Shown here piece after piece: positions 40,031-53,624 of a stretch of DNA of 64,000 bases. The DNA comes from Catajapyx aquilonaris. Taxonomy: Eukaryota. The stretch spans positions 1 to 64,000 of the forward strand of contig JYFJ02000922.1 of NCBI GenBank assembly GCA_000934665.2, read 5' to 3'. The position numbers and the translations under genes are program-made. The first letter of the stretch is position 1, and every line of letters starts with the position of its first letter. The notes beneath the pieces were generated by a model that ran no database searches, was not told where the DNA came from, and was given only the letters and a program-made list of their open reading frames with translations.

Positions 40031-41299
40031 TAATTGCTACAGTCACATTATTACAGCACATCAAAACTGCACAATTAGGTTTTCCGAATCAAACGCAATA
40101 CTATATACGATTGCACTTTTCTTGCCGCATCTCTTTTAGACCTTGTTTTTATTAACATGGAATATTGATGAATAATAATTACCGATAATTACTGACTGAA
40201 ATAACCTAATAACTTTTAATCTATTCCTATCGGAGATTAACTATTATCGTGTTTAACAGCCTTCCTACCGATAATAATTCAATTCTCATGTATTGAATCC
40301 ACACGGAGCAACTATATTGAATGAATTCCCTCAGCACCTGCCTTGAGTCAAAAGAACTACAAAGCCATGCCAATAGACGGAGAGTGAGGCCTTCTTCCGA
40401 AGTCTCGCGCCCAAACTTCCCCTCATGGCCAAACTACCCCTGTGTAACATTACACAAATGGACAGCACAGAAGTGGAGTCGACATCAAATAGCAGAGAAG
40501 AGGAGGACGCGAGAGAGGAAAATAAGCATCGGAGTGGAAGCGACCATTGTCCTAATCCCATTCTCCTCACCAATCTCCCACAAGGGAGGAACCTGGGAGG
40601 AAATTAGAAATCACTTGGCTGCCTTTATCGAAGACTTAACCCCCCTTCAGGGGAGGAGTTGAAGCTTGGTGCAGACCCAGGGCCCTATTCCTCATGGTGC
40701 CTGACTCTGAATATCGACCACTCCAGATAACTTCGGAAGGACTGTGTATACTGTACAGTGTACACATTCGCCGGATCCTTTTACCACCTGACCCTTCCGA
40801 CTCAATTTGCAGATTTTTTTTCTGTGTGCGCTAAAGGTAGGTTGAGTTTTGCTGACCGGATGGCATCTGATAGAACTTACTCCTCTTTGCGCATTCAACC
40901 TGTTAATTCAATTACATCCGGTCCCAATTTGTAGCATCAAAACCATATTTAGAGTATCGGGAATAACTAGAAGCTACCAGCGCAGCTCGTTGCTCTGACT
41001 ATTAGCGTGACATCAAAGTACATCCAGGAAAAGTACTTGCTAGTATGTTCACATGTTTGGTAACATGTATTTCGACAAAACTGATAATTTATTATTGACA
41101 TGTCATTAGTTCCGTTTTGCTCATTAGGACTGTTTGTATTATTTATTTCTCATTGTCCAGTCATCGCATTGTCCTAGGGTACAGGGGAAGAATTATTAGA
41201 TCAAATTCGCGAGAACCTGAAATATTTAATCTCGAAACAAGGTAGATTTCAGTACATCCGTGGTTGAGGAACAGGAGATGAGAATTCGACACTTCAGGA

Positions 41300-41505
41300 G
41301 GCATTCAAGCATATTGTACTTTCTGCCAGCTGACTTGAAAGCCGCGATTCTTCACTGACATAGAAGATCCTGGACTGCACTTCCGGGCTCTCGGCCGAGA
41401 CAAGTCGGGCAAACTCTTCCCAAAAGGTCGCCTGCTCTTCGGATCGAATTCGTGACCTTGCCACCAGTAGCATATAGCTACTATCACAATGTTATGACCA
41501 ACACC
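41300..41505 (-). mobile_element. Possible old tRNA-SINE remnant
   Basis: Minus-strand GGTCACGAATTCGATCC resembles a B box at a tRNA-like distance from a degenerate A box. No TSD or second copy found. Confidence 0.25.
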
Positions 41506-44500
41506 TTTTTCAGCAAGCTGCCATGAATCGCACGTGGAAAGAACCTGTCACTTTTGTGCATAACTTGCATCCAAAAATGAGTCTCTCACACCTTAAATAC
41601 TGTGTAGTACGACATCCATATAAGTAAATTGGTTCCAGGAAAAAGTACTATAATATTGATGGAATATTTTATATCGTGATTGATCGACAAAAATGAACAC
41701 GAAAAAGATGGATACTGTAGGTGACACAACGTCGATTTCAATTTTTCTTTCCCATTCCCAGCCGCACTAGTACCCTAGCACAAAAAATGACGAAGGTAAA
41801 ATATGAAAACCTGAGTTTTCAAAAACAATGATCATTCAGTCAGAGACCACTCTGAGCATGCAACTAAGTAGCACCACCAGCTTATAATATTGAAGGAGAA
41901 AATGTACTCCAAGCAATGTATGCGTGACGGGATATTTGCCGTTAGTCATAACACATCTGCTACTGTACAGTACATCATACTGTAGTAGGGTAGAATATAG
42001 CACTACAATAACTATTCTTAACTCACACTATGCTTTTTAAAAATTGCACGCACTTTGTTTTAAGCACCACAAGACCTACAAGACATTGAGAACGGAAACG
42101 TGTGCGTACCATTGCGTCTTACGACTTACACTGTATACGCGTAACAGTGCATCGGTCACGTCAGTGTCATACGTACAGTACAACGCTGCCAGTCAAACCA
42201 TTGTTGCGGGATCCACATTCCTGTCCTTGCCACTAAGCATCAGCTATAAATTTCCAGCCAAGATAATGAAAAGTGCCTATTATTTTACAACCTGAAAAAT
42301 ATATCCCGCATGCTTTTTATCTGCGGTTTTGAAAGTTCATCATACCTTGAGAGCATACTCCTTGCTATACCTTCACCTCCTCTTGCGTGAAAGCCTTTGC
42401 GTTATCTCGGTTATAATAATTCACAATCAAGGGCGTTATCTCCAGGATCCCGGCTCGACGTTGCATTCCCGGTTATTACAGGCAATTTTTCATGCAGCTG
42501 AATAGCAAGGAAGAGCCGTTTCAATTCATTACTGCAGCCTTAGAAACTCGATGAAGACTTCATATTGATTGTCAGCTCATGTGACACGCTTCTCAACAAC
42601 CTCATTGTCGAAAGGGAGTAAGGCACTCGTGGCAACGCCTTGCTGGGAAGGGGTGACAGACAGCCACCGTTTCATTTCAGGAAGGAAGCCAGCTCGTATT
42701 ACTAAATGTACCAGGGCTGGGCTCTCCTTGCCATCAATTACTGCATTGTATCATTTGCTTGCAGCTACACTGCCGAGAGCAGTAAAAGCTTATTCTGCAT
42801 TACTTTCCACCCAGCTCTTCCATTTACAATTCATGGCAAATTCACAAAACAGTCAAAGAATAATAATAATAACCAACAATTCCAGTCAAGTTTAGCAAAA
42901 AACCTAAGCTAACACATTGTCGGTTTCGTGGCACTTTAAGATAAGTTACACAAATTGCTGCTCTTCCCTTAATAACATTAATACGCCTTTTGACCCTACT
43001 GTAAAAGCAAAGAGGTTTACAGCCACTCAAATTGAACGCGGGCAAAAAAAACAGAAATCCATTGTGTGGCAGCACCATAATAATTTCAAAAGTGATTTCA
43101 TTTGTTCTAACTTCCCTCTGTTTGACACTGTTGCCCAATAAGGTCTTCGGGCAAACAATATAGCATGATAAATAATAAGCCTACCGGAGCAGTAGGTTTC
43201 CAGGGGCTAACAAGCGCATCATCCCATCCTTGTTGATTGACTAAGCTGCGTCTACTAAGGCGTACAGAATTTTCCTCTCATGCCTGTCATATTCCAAGTG
43301 AGTAATGCGGATAACCAAGTTTGCACAACAGAAGGGGATGATGAAACGAGGAGCACTACCTCCCTTTAAGCGTCAACCGATCCGAGGCAAATCAAGAGGA
43401 CGGGAAAGAGGTTTGGTGGGCAATCTCCGTAAGGCCTCTCCCGCCTCCCCACTTCCTCTCCGCGCATTCCTGGGAAGATGAGCGCAGATTCCCCAAGTCA
43501 ATACGTATTTCTCATCGTCACGTCCCCCCCCCTCCTCCTCCTCCTCCCCTCCCCTCCCCTCAACTCTCTCACCCCCCAACTTCCGTTTCACCCTATTGCT
43601 GCCCAATTAGTGCACCAAAGCGGGATGAAAGGAATCTGTCTTTGCTGGAGTGCATATATGGGGGGATGGGGGGGGGGGGGGGGGGGGNNNNGGGGGGGGG
43701 GGGGGGGGGCAAATAACCTATCTAATATAGAAATGGGAAAAGTTAGATGCAGTGTGAATAAATGGGAGTTATAGAACGTTCAAAAAATGTCAGAAAACAT
43801 TTACATGGCCATATCATTCCAAGATATCTGTTTCGACTTCTTTCATCTACAAGTATAAAAGTGTATAAAAATGAATCTAATACGACAGCCAAATCTGCTA
43901 AGCGACTTTGTTCAGGCCTTTACAAAATGATCAAAAAATGCAATATTTTCCTTCGGTTCGTGCAGTCTACTTATAATTTTCAGTACAATTCCATGGGTAG
44001 GTGAGCCAATGAGTTTCTCGCCATGAAGTGCTCCTTTTAAGAAAAAGGCTCGAACGGCTCGAAGGCAATCACCGTAGAGAAGACACTGATCCATTACAGG
44101 TGCATCGTCTCAATCTACCATTGGCGCACAATCTCCCGGAATAATTGACCGGAGCAGACTATGCGTAGTAGAACCTGCAGGCATTTGCTGATTAATTTAC
44201 AAACCGGATTTTTCACCGCCACAAAGGCTATTGATAATGCAGTGCAGAGTGCACGGAAATTCTCCAGTGTGGAAGGCACTTTGGATCCAGGCGGTGGAAA
44301 TGGGGATGAACACGTGAGTCCATGCGGAATAGAAAGAGACGGTAGCTGACGTAAATCTAAGGTCTAGTAGGAATGAAGAAGGGAATGGGGGAGGGGGAGG
44401 GGGAGAAGGGAAGGGGGGAGAGAAAACGGCAAGTGGCGAGTCATTCATCATTCTCGGGGCCTGGATGGAGTCCTTTTTCCTTTATTGCGCTTTTCTTTTC

Positions 44501-47499
44501 CGGATAGAGAACACCGGAAAAGGAAATTCTCCTTTTGAGTAGTGTGGGGTTAGGGCCCTCAAGCGCCATTGAGCAGGCAGCTGGCCAATGCTAATTGCCT
44601 TGCCTTTTAGCCAGCCCAGGCAGGGACTGAGGCCTAGGACGCGATCACGGCCTTTCTGGAATGCAACCCCCTTCCTCCCTCCCCTTCATTGTGCCCTCTC
44701 GTCCACTGAAACCATTATCCAATTATTGTGGCTGTAATTGTCGCTAATGCCCCCCTGCTGCCTCTCCCTATAGTGTAAGGCAAGCTATAGAGGAATTCCA
44801 AGAGAGAAGAGAATTGACCTATATATGATCGATTTCCTCCTAATTCGTTTTTTTGTCCTGGATAAGGGAGGGGGGGATGAGGGAAAAGATCGGCTGGCAG
44901 CTTCCTCCTCTACTGACCGCCGATAAGAACTCTTCTTCCTCTACTTGGCCCCACCCGTGCACCCTTGCCCTTATAAATCTGGCCGATGGAACACATTCGG
45001 CCGCTCGATGAGAGGAGGCCCCGTGCCCGGAACGATAAAATGCAAAGCATTCCCTCCACTCCTCTCCCCCCCCNCCCCCCCCCCCTCTTCCTCCATTCGG
45101 GGAAGAAGGCGCCTCATATGACCCGGCCACTAAATCAACTTCTCTTTTCATTTGCCGCCGGCATGATTTTCATTGCGCAAAATTCAGAAGGGGGTGCTCT
45201 CCGTTTTTCCTCAGGGCCGTCCTTTTCCTCACGCAATAATTACGGGCCTTGGAGTGATTTAATGTGGAAATGAGCCATCCCTTCCAGCTGAAAAGCCTTT
45301 TCCAAAGTTTCCAACGACCCTCCTTCGTGTATGGCGAGTGCGCTTGATTCCGCTCCAATCGAACATGAACGGTAAAGAATGCCTTCCACTTTACCATCCG
45401 GAGATACCATTGGACGAAGAAGATTTTCCAAATTTCATACGATCCTCTTCCTCATTCCCCAGCTGCCTTCTCAGTTTGAAAAGAGAAGTGGGGAAGGGAA
45501 AGTGCGGGGGAGGGAGGGAGGGATACCTCCCCGGGGTTCTCTGTATGTCAGCTCATTCCAAAGTCGCCAGTGAGAGGGGTGCTGGAGGAGGAAGATGGTG
45601 GCAGCAGGGAGGGGGTATAGAGAATGCCACATCTCCCCAACCCAACGCCCACGTCCCTTTCCATTCCGTCCAAAAGGATTCTGTCACTGTCACAACTCTT
45701 TACGAAACAATATTTCCCCGCAAAATTGGCCTGGCTTCACCAATAGGCCTTCGGGGCAGCGAGTGCAGTCAGGCAGTGGAGGAATCCCGTGGGTCTCCGG
45801 AAACTGTCAGCATCAAACGGAGCAATCCCAGACCCGGATAGAATTCGTTCCCTCAACTCCATCCCAGCCAGCCAGCCACCCTGCTTCTTCCGGATCCTCT
45901 ACCTCACCCATGCTCTTCATTCGAATAAAAGCTGCCGCCCTTAGACTCCACGTTCTTCTAACTACCCATCCGTCCTTCCATGCCAAGTCCTAGCCAGATG
46001 GGCACAACCAGAGCGAAACAACTCGGATATTCCACTTTGTCAAGTAATAGCCACAAGCCTCAAACATATACCCTACCATGATCATCGACGCGAATCACTT
46101 CATTTTGGTTTAAAAGAGAAGTAGGGTTTGGAACGTCGCTACACTGCACGCATCTTGTAAAAGACTTTTAGAGGACGAGCTTGCAACATGTTAACGTTAG
46201 TCACTTTCTGAAAAAGTTACTCGTGACTAGGGCTGCTGGTTAGAGCATTCCAGTTTGGTTAGGTCTGTTGTACAGCACACTCTGATTTTCCCGACAAGCT
46301 TTAGTGTGTGTTCCGTGAGATAGGAGAGCATCATGGCAATACCAAATGAGAATCAGCTGTGTAAACGCATACAGTTTACAAAACGGATATTTACATGTTA
46401 ATAACACAGTGAAGGACGTGATTAGAATCGGCCCAAGATAAGTTTGCGCGGCTTTCTGAAGTTTTCGAGCCTGTCTCATGGAGAAGTGTGGCTAGAAAAA
46501 CCCAAGTAAGCTTCGCAAACTTACGTAGATTCGGAAGACTCAAACGCTCATTGAAACTTTACCAGCTACTTCGTGCCTGTAATGCAAGCAAAAGAGTACC
46601 TGTATATAGATAGTAAAATAGTGGAAATGAACCATTTATTTAAATGTGGAAAAAAATAGATTTTTTACAAAGCTTACAGCCTTGGGGGGGGAAAAAAAAC
46701 AGGAAATTCCAAACGCCAGAGACAAAGCCCTCCATGTACAATATACGAGTTTGCTCGTAAAATGATATTCACATGAGATGTATCTATCAGAACTCTGTTT
46801 CAAACGTTGGTGCGTGGTTCCGGACGGGAGAGGTTGGACAATGTGGTTCTTATGCTGCATTGATAATAATCAATTCTCGTTACAGAGCACAGCTTTGACT
46901 TTCGCATCACACACACTCACAAAAGATATTGCTATCAAGTTTTTAATAGCTGTAATGTAATATAAATGGCACGTAGAACTGTCGCATTTATATTGCATAA
47001 TTATGCTAATTTTATAAGCACATTTATCACTATTCAGTTTTCCTCCCTTCACCCTTCATGTAATGCTCACCATGACAAATTCAATGACACGATGTTATCT
47101 ATTATCGGTATCATATCTCAATAGTTGTTGCAGCAAACTTCATATGCAAACCGTCAATATCCAGATAGGAATTGCCCATGTGAATCACCGCGGATGGATT
47201 ATGATCACACCTAAAATCCCTCATATTACTTTCATCCTCACAGTGGTCATTTTTTGTTTGGAAATCGTATAACCAGATGAATAAAGCCACCAATATTTTA
47301 GATCAGGGGTATTATGTGCGCAATCTAGTACTCCAGTGACCACGCTGTGAAAATTCAGACCTTTAATTCGCACACACTGTATGCCAGATTCATGCCGAAC
47401 TTATTTATCAAAATCTAAATACAGTAAACCTACAGTATGTCGAAGCCAAAATATACTGGTGAGATAAAAATTCACGCTTTCTTTTGCTAGTGTCGAGTC

Positions 47500-47705
47500 C
47501 CCATCATCAGTTGCTGTACATCTTTCACATTTCTCCCACGTCTTCATCAGAGCGATCTTTCTTGCATTTCTTCCAGGCAAAAATTTCGGTCGTTTTTCTA
47601 CCAGACTACATTCAATAACAATCCTATTTCTATTCCTTACCGCTACCTCTTCACGTCATCAACTAAAGGTGTCCCAGTCGTCCTTTTCTAGCGAACAATG
47701 AACCG
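47500..47705 (-). mobile_element. Possible RTE-type LINE 3' remnant
   Basis: Minus-strand peptides RKGRLGHL and RIVIECSLVEKRP resemble the RTE motifs RRLRWLGH and ..EGK.EGKRPRGRP. The region ends in a short TGATGATG tail. Confidence 0.35.
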
Positions 47706-48404
47706 GAATTTTATTGTGCTTTGCAGCAGAAAAAAATGACTGGTGGCATTGCGGTATTTTTTGGCTTTGTTTTCAAGTTTTGTGTGGTATTCAGCTGTGT
47801 TTTCATGTTATTATTAAAGGACACAAAAGAATGCGAACCATTACTGCAGTCTGTTCCAGTTTGAGCTTCCCGACAGGAAAAGTTATGAGAAAACCCCTTT
47901 TGGAAGACACTTTTTACTTTACAAACATGTGCACTTGCTACTTTGATGATGGTGTGGATAATTTTAAAACACATAATTCTTGTTAGGATGCTCACATTAC
48001 ATTCGAAATGAGAGAAAGTGGAAATTTCAACGACTAACTTTCTGCTTAAGTCAGTTTCCACTGTAATAAATATGCAAAATTATTTCTGTCAATGATCATA
48101 TAGAGAAATTATTAGCAAACTACTCTAGGATATAAAAATGCTCCGAACTCTCTCACGTAGAGGCCCATAGCACAAAGCGTTCTAAAAGGTAGAATAACAA
48201 ATGTCCAATATATCAACGAAACTGGCACTTCAAAACCTGACAATTCTTACATCAAGCGACTGGAATATATTTTACTGATCAAATTTTACTGTATATTTGT
48301 TTCACACAATTTTCGTGACGGATAAATTCTACTCGAGCATGTGCTAATTTAGATTTTTACATTATCTCCCACTTTTGTGCACTACTAGGCCTATATCTCG
48401 TGTA

Positions 48405-48469
48405 TCATCATCATCATCATCTTCTTCTTCTTCTTCTTCTTCTTCTTCTTCTTCTTCTTCTTCTTCTTC
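48405..48469. repeat. Compound microsatellite (TCA)n(TCT)n
   Basis: Directly visible; it produces the poly-Ser ORF 48375..48587. Confidence 0.97.
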
Positions 48470-49239
48470 ACGGCGTTTCCCAAACAGATATGGGGTTGCC
48501 GGCGTATGGTACTATATTATGGGTCACAATGTGACATCACATTGCAATAGAAGTAATTCCTGTTGTAAATGTAGGCAAATTGGATGAAAAGACAGCCGGG
48601 TTGAAAAATTTAACTTGAAATCCTAGCAGACAGCTGTTCTTTCACCACAGTCGAGTTGTTGTCATGGAAGTTTAACTATTACACGTAATAGGATGTGAAA
48701 GCAGATAAATCAGTAATAACCTAACGCCAGAATCAATGAACATCGCATTGTATAGGAGCTGGGGAAAAAAATCTTAAATTTAGCTTCAAAAATGCATAAT
48801 ATATTATGCCTTGGGAATGTTGAGAGAAAAATCCGTCCAAAGTAGGCAGATCAGATAAAAAGCAAAGAACGTGCTTTGTTGCTCACTCCCCTAAAATGTA
48901 TAGAGAGGGTTGGCTAGAGGGGAATATATCCGGCAGAAAATCAGCGAAGCCAAAACACGGATGTCAGTCATGTGCTGATGTCATGTTGGGTCGATGCTCG
49001 TCCCGAACCCTTCGTCAATGAACAGTTCGGTTAACTGCAGTGAATATGCATGTGCGGAGCGCCACAATTTATAAACAATGCATTATTTCTAAGTGACTGA
49101 TGTGTGAATTCCGCTCCATATGAATCGAAGCGATCAGTGCATATTGCGCATTGCGTAATAAACTGTCAAAAATTGCCTCTGAATATGCTTCCCCACCATG
49201 ACGTATTTTTTGACAATCCTTCCGTCTCTTCCATCAATG

Positions 49240-49414
49240 AAAAGGTCCACTTACGGACCCAGATATAATCAATTAGGTTAGGGAAGTCACATTTCTCCAG
49301 TCTTAGCCCATAGACCAGCAAGTCATTATCATTTTTATTATCAATATTATAAAAGTCAAGCTCGTAGGCCATTTCATTTTTCTTTCCATCCACCGGACAG
49401 TATAAAGCAATCAA
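49240..49414 (-). pseudogene. LINE AP-endonuclease domain fragment
   Basis: ORF 49166..49414 reads LIALYCPVDGKK..DFY..DNKNDNDLLVYG..NLIDYIWVRKW. This resembles the AP-endonuclease motifs I.vYAP, FY, lIv.GD and IDYI.V, with an apparent internal deletion. Confidence 0.45.
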
Positions 49415-51766
49415 TAGTTACAACAGTGGGAACTGACAGCAGTCAGTCACGCCTTGACAGAGGAAACTGGCGACGAAATAGTCAATAATAAATTAGCGTC
49501 GGGCATGTTGCAGCTCTTCAAATTGAATGTCATTGGATCATCTCCTCGTCGCTTTCCGCCTGCCCGAATAAAAGTTGGGCTAGTCAAAACTAGTAGACTG
49601 TTGTAAACTAGTGACATTCACTATTATTCCGCAGGCGGTATCTAATTCGTACTTATAGTCCCTCTTCATTGTCTCTGTCCGTCAGCTAAAAAGAATATAC
49701 TGTAGTATATACGAGCGTAAATACACACAATGGAACAATAGAATAGGTGTTGACTGATCCACCATGACCGTAATTAAGAGGTCAGTGAAACTGGCAGGTA
49801 AATCCAATTTTGTTCATGAGATATTGATGTGAATGCTGTGTGAATGAGTTGTTGTTAGGTAGGCCCACCCGCAGATAGAGCTATATAACGGTGAATATTC
49901 AGTGAATTTAATTTATTCACTAATGTAAATGAACAAGACTCTTCCATTTAAAACACCTTTGTGATTCAAACCAGGGTGAATTTGTCATCGCATCATTAAT
50001 TTTATTACCCGAGGTCTATAAAGAGTGTTAATAAAATTATTGGCCCAGTTAATTTATCGCTTTAGTAGCACACTATTTATTCGACCACCTACAGGGTGTT
50101 CCGATTTAGCTGTCTGCTTTATTTACGACTTTTGGAATTCACCTGCTTATTGTTAGCTATTACTTCCAATCAGATATTTTTCGAATATAAAAGATTGTAA
50201 TAACTAACTTAATATAAGATTGAATGAATACCAGTAAGAGATGGATTTCTTTCCCTAACTGCGAATTCCTCTCTGTTGTGAATTTCACCTATTCGTGATT
50301 TCGTGGCTGCAGTGCAGGCAGCCTTCATACCAACGAGCCAAGATGGCTAAAAATCTGTTCAAAAATGATTGCACTATTTGAACTACTCCCAAAAGATCTA
50401 CATAGATGTCAGCCAGTGATGGGGATAGGGAAAGGAAAGGTGGGGGGCAGAAAACATGGAGAGATGAGTCAGGCAGCCCCGCTGCGTTGGCCAGACTCAG
50501 TTTTACACACAAAAAACGAAGAATACGAGGAAAGAGAGCCACCATGAGTGCCACAAAAGTACCGGTATGTGGAAACAAGACAGTCGCGGAGCGTAGGAAT
50601 GACATTCAGAAAATACCTCGGGAGTCTCCAGCTTGACACCAATATATTACGGACATTTACAGCCGACCTGTAACCACCTGCTTACCCGCTGTGCCATGCG
50701 TGATGGGCACCTTGGCCTTTCCACTTCAAGAATCTCAACCCATGAAGCAGGTTTCATGATGGTGCCCACCATATGAATTTCACTCTAACAATCGCCATGG
50801 TCCTCCTTCTCCATTGGCATTACGATGTCACCTAGGTCATCATACAACCATGTACAGCAAAACAGAGGCACATAAAATATATAGGAAGAGAAGTGGCATG
50901 CTTGCAAATCATAGTAATTATACACTCACCTTTACTCTATATTTGATTGGATATATTCCTTGTGCCCCAGGGTTATTTAAAAATTTTAATTAAACCTATG
51001 TCAACCACATGATGACCATCATCGGTACACTAATGGTCAGCCAATCAGATATTCAAACCGAAAGCTGGCGTATAGAGCTCCAGCCGTTCTTTTTCTATGG
51101 TCGTTGGTCCTGTTAGCCTGCAAGCTGAACTCGAGCGTGAATTTTAATAGGCTCTTCAGTGATGACCTTTCAAGTCCGACATTTGACAGTAGCCTTCCCC
51201 TAGGCGTCAAGCAGTCAATCGTGAATTTTTTTTCCTTTCTGTCCATCCATTAATCACAAAATTGGTAGAGTCCCAGTTGGGACAGCTCCAATTCCAGAAA
51301 GAAAATAACGGGGAAAAAATCATGGGGATGCATAAGAGGTTGTCCAAGAAAGATTACCATTGGGTTGGCAGAAGCGCGAATGGAAAGTTGTTTTTTTCCT
51401 GTTCCCAAAGGAGATTGGGGAAGTCCACACTCGCTTCTGATGACAAAAAGTGGATGATAGGGTGAGAAGGCGATGGGTAGGGGGATGGAAGTTTGCGGAA
51501 GCCAAACACGTGACTACGATTCAATGAAGAAACCTCCAGCTCAAACTCGGAAACAATAAATTAGAAGCGTGCTCTTTCCACCGGTTTCAACTTCCTATTT
51601 CTGGGGCCCTTACTCTTTAATCCGGGAGACACACAGTAATGAATCTAGAGAGGCAATTCTAAATAAGAACGGATGTGACTCGCAATATTTAACAAGACAA
51701 CGCAACTGAAAGGCTGCATTTATCCCTTTTTGCAATTCATGCCATTTTTGGTGGGTTCGCCTAGCA

Positions 51767-52017
51767 CCTTTTTCGTGTCGCGACCCCCTTTTATGATAGT
51801 CAAGTAACCTGCGACCCCCTCCTCCCTCCCCGAGTGTTAGTAGATGTTGAAAAAACCCGTCGTGATGAAGTGTCCTATAAAATTTATGTTATTGACTTAA
51901 TTTTTTAAATTTTACTTATTTTTTAATTTATAAAAATAACCGCGGCCTCTCACGGCGCCTCTGGACCTGCTCCATGGCCCCCTTGGGGGGTCGTGACCCC
52001 CTGGTTGGGAACCCCTG
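51767..52017. mobile_element. hAT (Charlie-like) MITE with the left TIR mostly deleted
   Basis: Right end is GGGGGGTCGTGACCCCCTGGTTGGGAACCCCTG. The left end starts CCTTTTTCGTGTCGCGACCCCC and has repeated GCGACCCC. The 8-bp flanks GCCTAGCA (51759-66) and GTCTAGCA (52018-25) resemble the NTCTAGAN target. Confidence 0.8.
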
Positions 52018-52329
52018 GTCTAGCAAGTGTTGCGCCACAGTGCAGTGTGAAAGTTGACCCCCTCAGGTCAACCCTCAGGTCACTCAGTGTCAAGGTCGTG
52101 GTCCAATAATACACAGGTTCGGATCAACCCATTTATTACGATCGGCCCGGATCCAGGCCATTCCACGACTCCCCCTACAAAAGAGCCCTCCCCACCAGGT
52201 CCACACCCAGGCGCCACTGCCCTCTAGTGAGGGGCGTCACAACAGCTGAATAGGCTCTACTCCCCTTTTATCAATAAATATCCGTTTGTCTAGGCACAAG
52301 TTAAACCCTGCCCTATACCCAAACCCTGA

Positions 52330-52664
52330 TTTTTTTTTTTTTTTTTTGCATTACCCCATTGGGAGTTACATTTCCTTTAGGGGGGTGGAAATACCACCAT
52401 TTGGGTGGAACCGGTATACTAAGATAGTATTTAGTGTGTTCCAAGGGTAGGTAGGAGGGGATGTGCAAAGTGCGTGTGCAATGTCGTTGATGTGCCGTTT
52501 TGTGAACTCCCCCGGGTGGCATATGTGAAAGGATCGCCACCCGAAACGAAGCCAGAGACGGTCTCACTCTGCACGAAAGAAGGTGGGAACCCCGGGTGGG
52601 GATTGAACCCGGGACCTTAACTTCCGTGGGCGCACGCGTTACCGCGGCGCCACTCCGTCTCCCT
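52330..52664 (-). mobile_element. tRNA-derived SINE, family C, with poly(A) tail
   Basis: On the minus strand: A box GTGGCGCCGCGG and B box GGGTTCAATCCC. The T18 run at 52330-47 is the poly(A) tail. 12-bp TSD CCCAAACCCTGA (52318-29, 52665-76). Confidence 0.9.
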
Positions 52665-53410
52665 CCCAAACCCTGAATTAAAACCATGCTCTCCAAGAAT
52701 GGAACCTTGGAAGATGGAGCCAATCAAAGAAGAAAAAAAACCTTTCCTTTTCCTATGCTTTTCTCTCAGGCCCGACTGAATCCTCAATACCGTTCTTGGA
52801 GAGGCAGGCTACAACCTGCTTGAATAGAGCACTCTTGCCGTTTTCCATTAAGACAGCAGGGGCTGTTTCCTGCTACTCTCTTCTTCCCCAAACAGCCTCC
52901 ACCGATGGTTCCAAAGAAACAAAATGCTATTACCATTTGGTCAGGTCAACATCGGTTTTTGTGTCAGGCATAATGTATCATTTTTTGCAGTAAAACCAGC
53001 TAGCTTTTTCACCTTTTTGTACTCAAATGTGATTGAGGGCATTTCGCATGGGTGTTGAAATGAGCTTCGGACAACTCCGGAACTCACGTTTTCATCCCTC
53101 GTCCAGTACCCGGTTTGGGACATTCAGCTCCCATTTTACACTCCATAAAACTCGATTAATCCGAGTATTATTTGTGTAAGCCTGATTCACGTGGAAACTG
53201 GGAAACCACATGAATGTTCATGCACTGGAGTGTGCTCAGTGAGAAAATCAACGGTTTGCAGTGTTCTTGTCTATGATCCTTGACGTCAAAAATGTACTAA
53301 AAGCCACAGTAAGAGTTAAAAAGGCAGCTCTATTCATTGTAGGTGATACGTAAATTATGTTTCAAAATCAAATAAAACGTGTTCGTATTTTTCACCACTC
53401 AGTAATTATA

Positions 53411-53624
53411 CAGGGTGTTCAGTCAACTTTTTTGTCCCAACAGTTATCGGAAATATTGCACTAAGCTGCTACTTTGCAAGCACGTATGCCACTTCAACCT
53501 AAGATTCGCAGGGAATATTCCATATTCCTCAAACAAATCACCGGTTGCAAGTCACTGCTTACAAGTAGCAGCTTATGGGCAATATTTCCGGTAACTGTTG
53601 GGACAAAAAAGTTGAAACACCCTG
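53411..53624. mobile_element. Internally deleted copy of the 37035-37363 MITE
   Basis: Same TIRs (CAGGGTGTT...GTTGAAACACCCTG) and TA flanks. It lacks about 118 bp of the left arm and spacer. Confidence 0.9.

Noticed and set aside
43660..43709. Long G-runs as G-quadruplex elements (also about 8275-98, 45066-85, 54428-44, 61575-93)
   Set aside because: Every N in the window falls in these homopolymers, so their lengths are unreliable assembly joins.
48375..48587. Poly-serine protein
   Set aside because: It is a translation of the TCA/TCT microsatellite.
50090..50101. Additional CAGGGTG MITE
   Set aside because: A single TIR-like word with no partner end found nearby.
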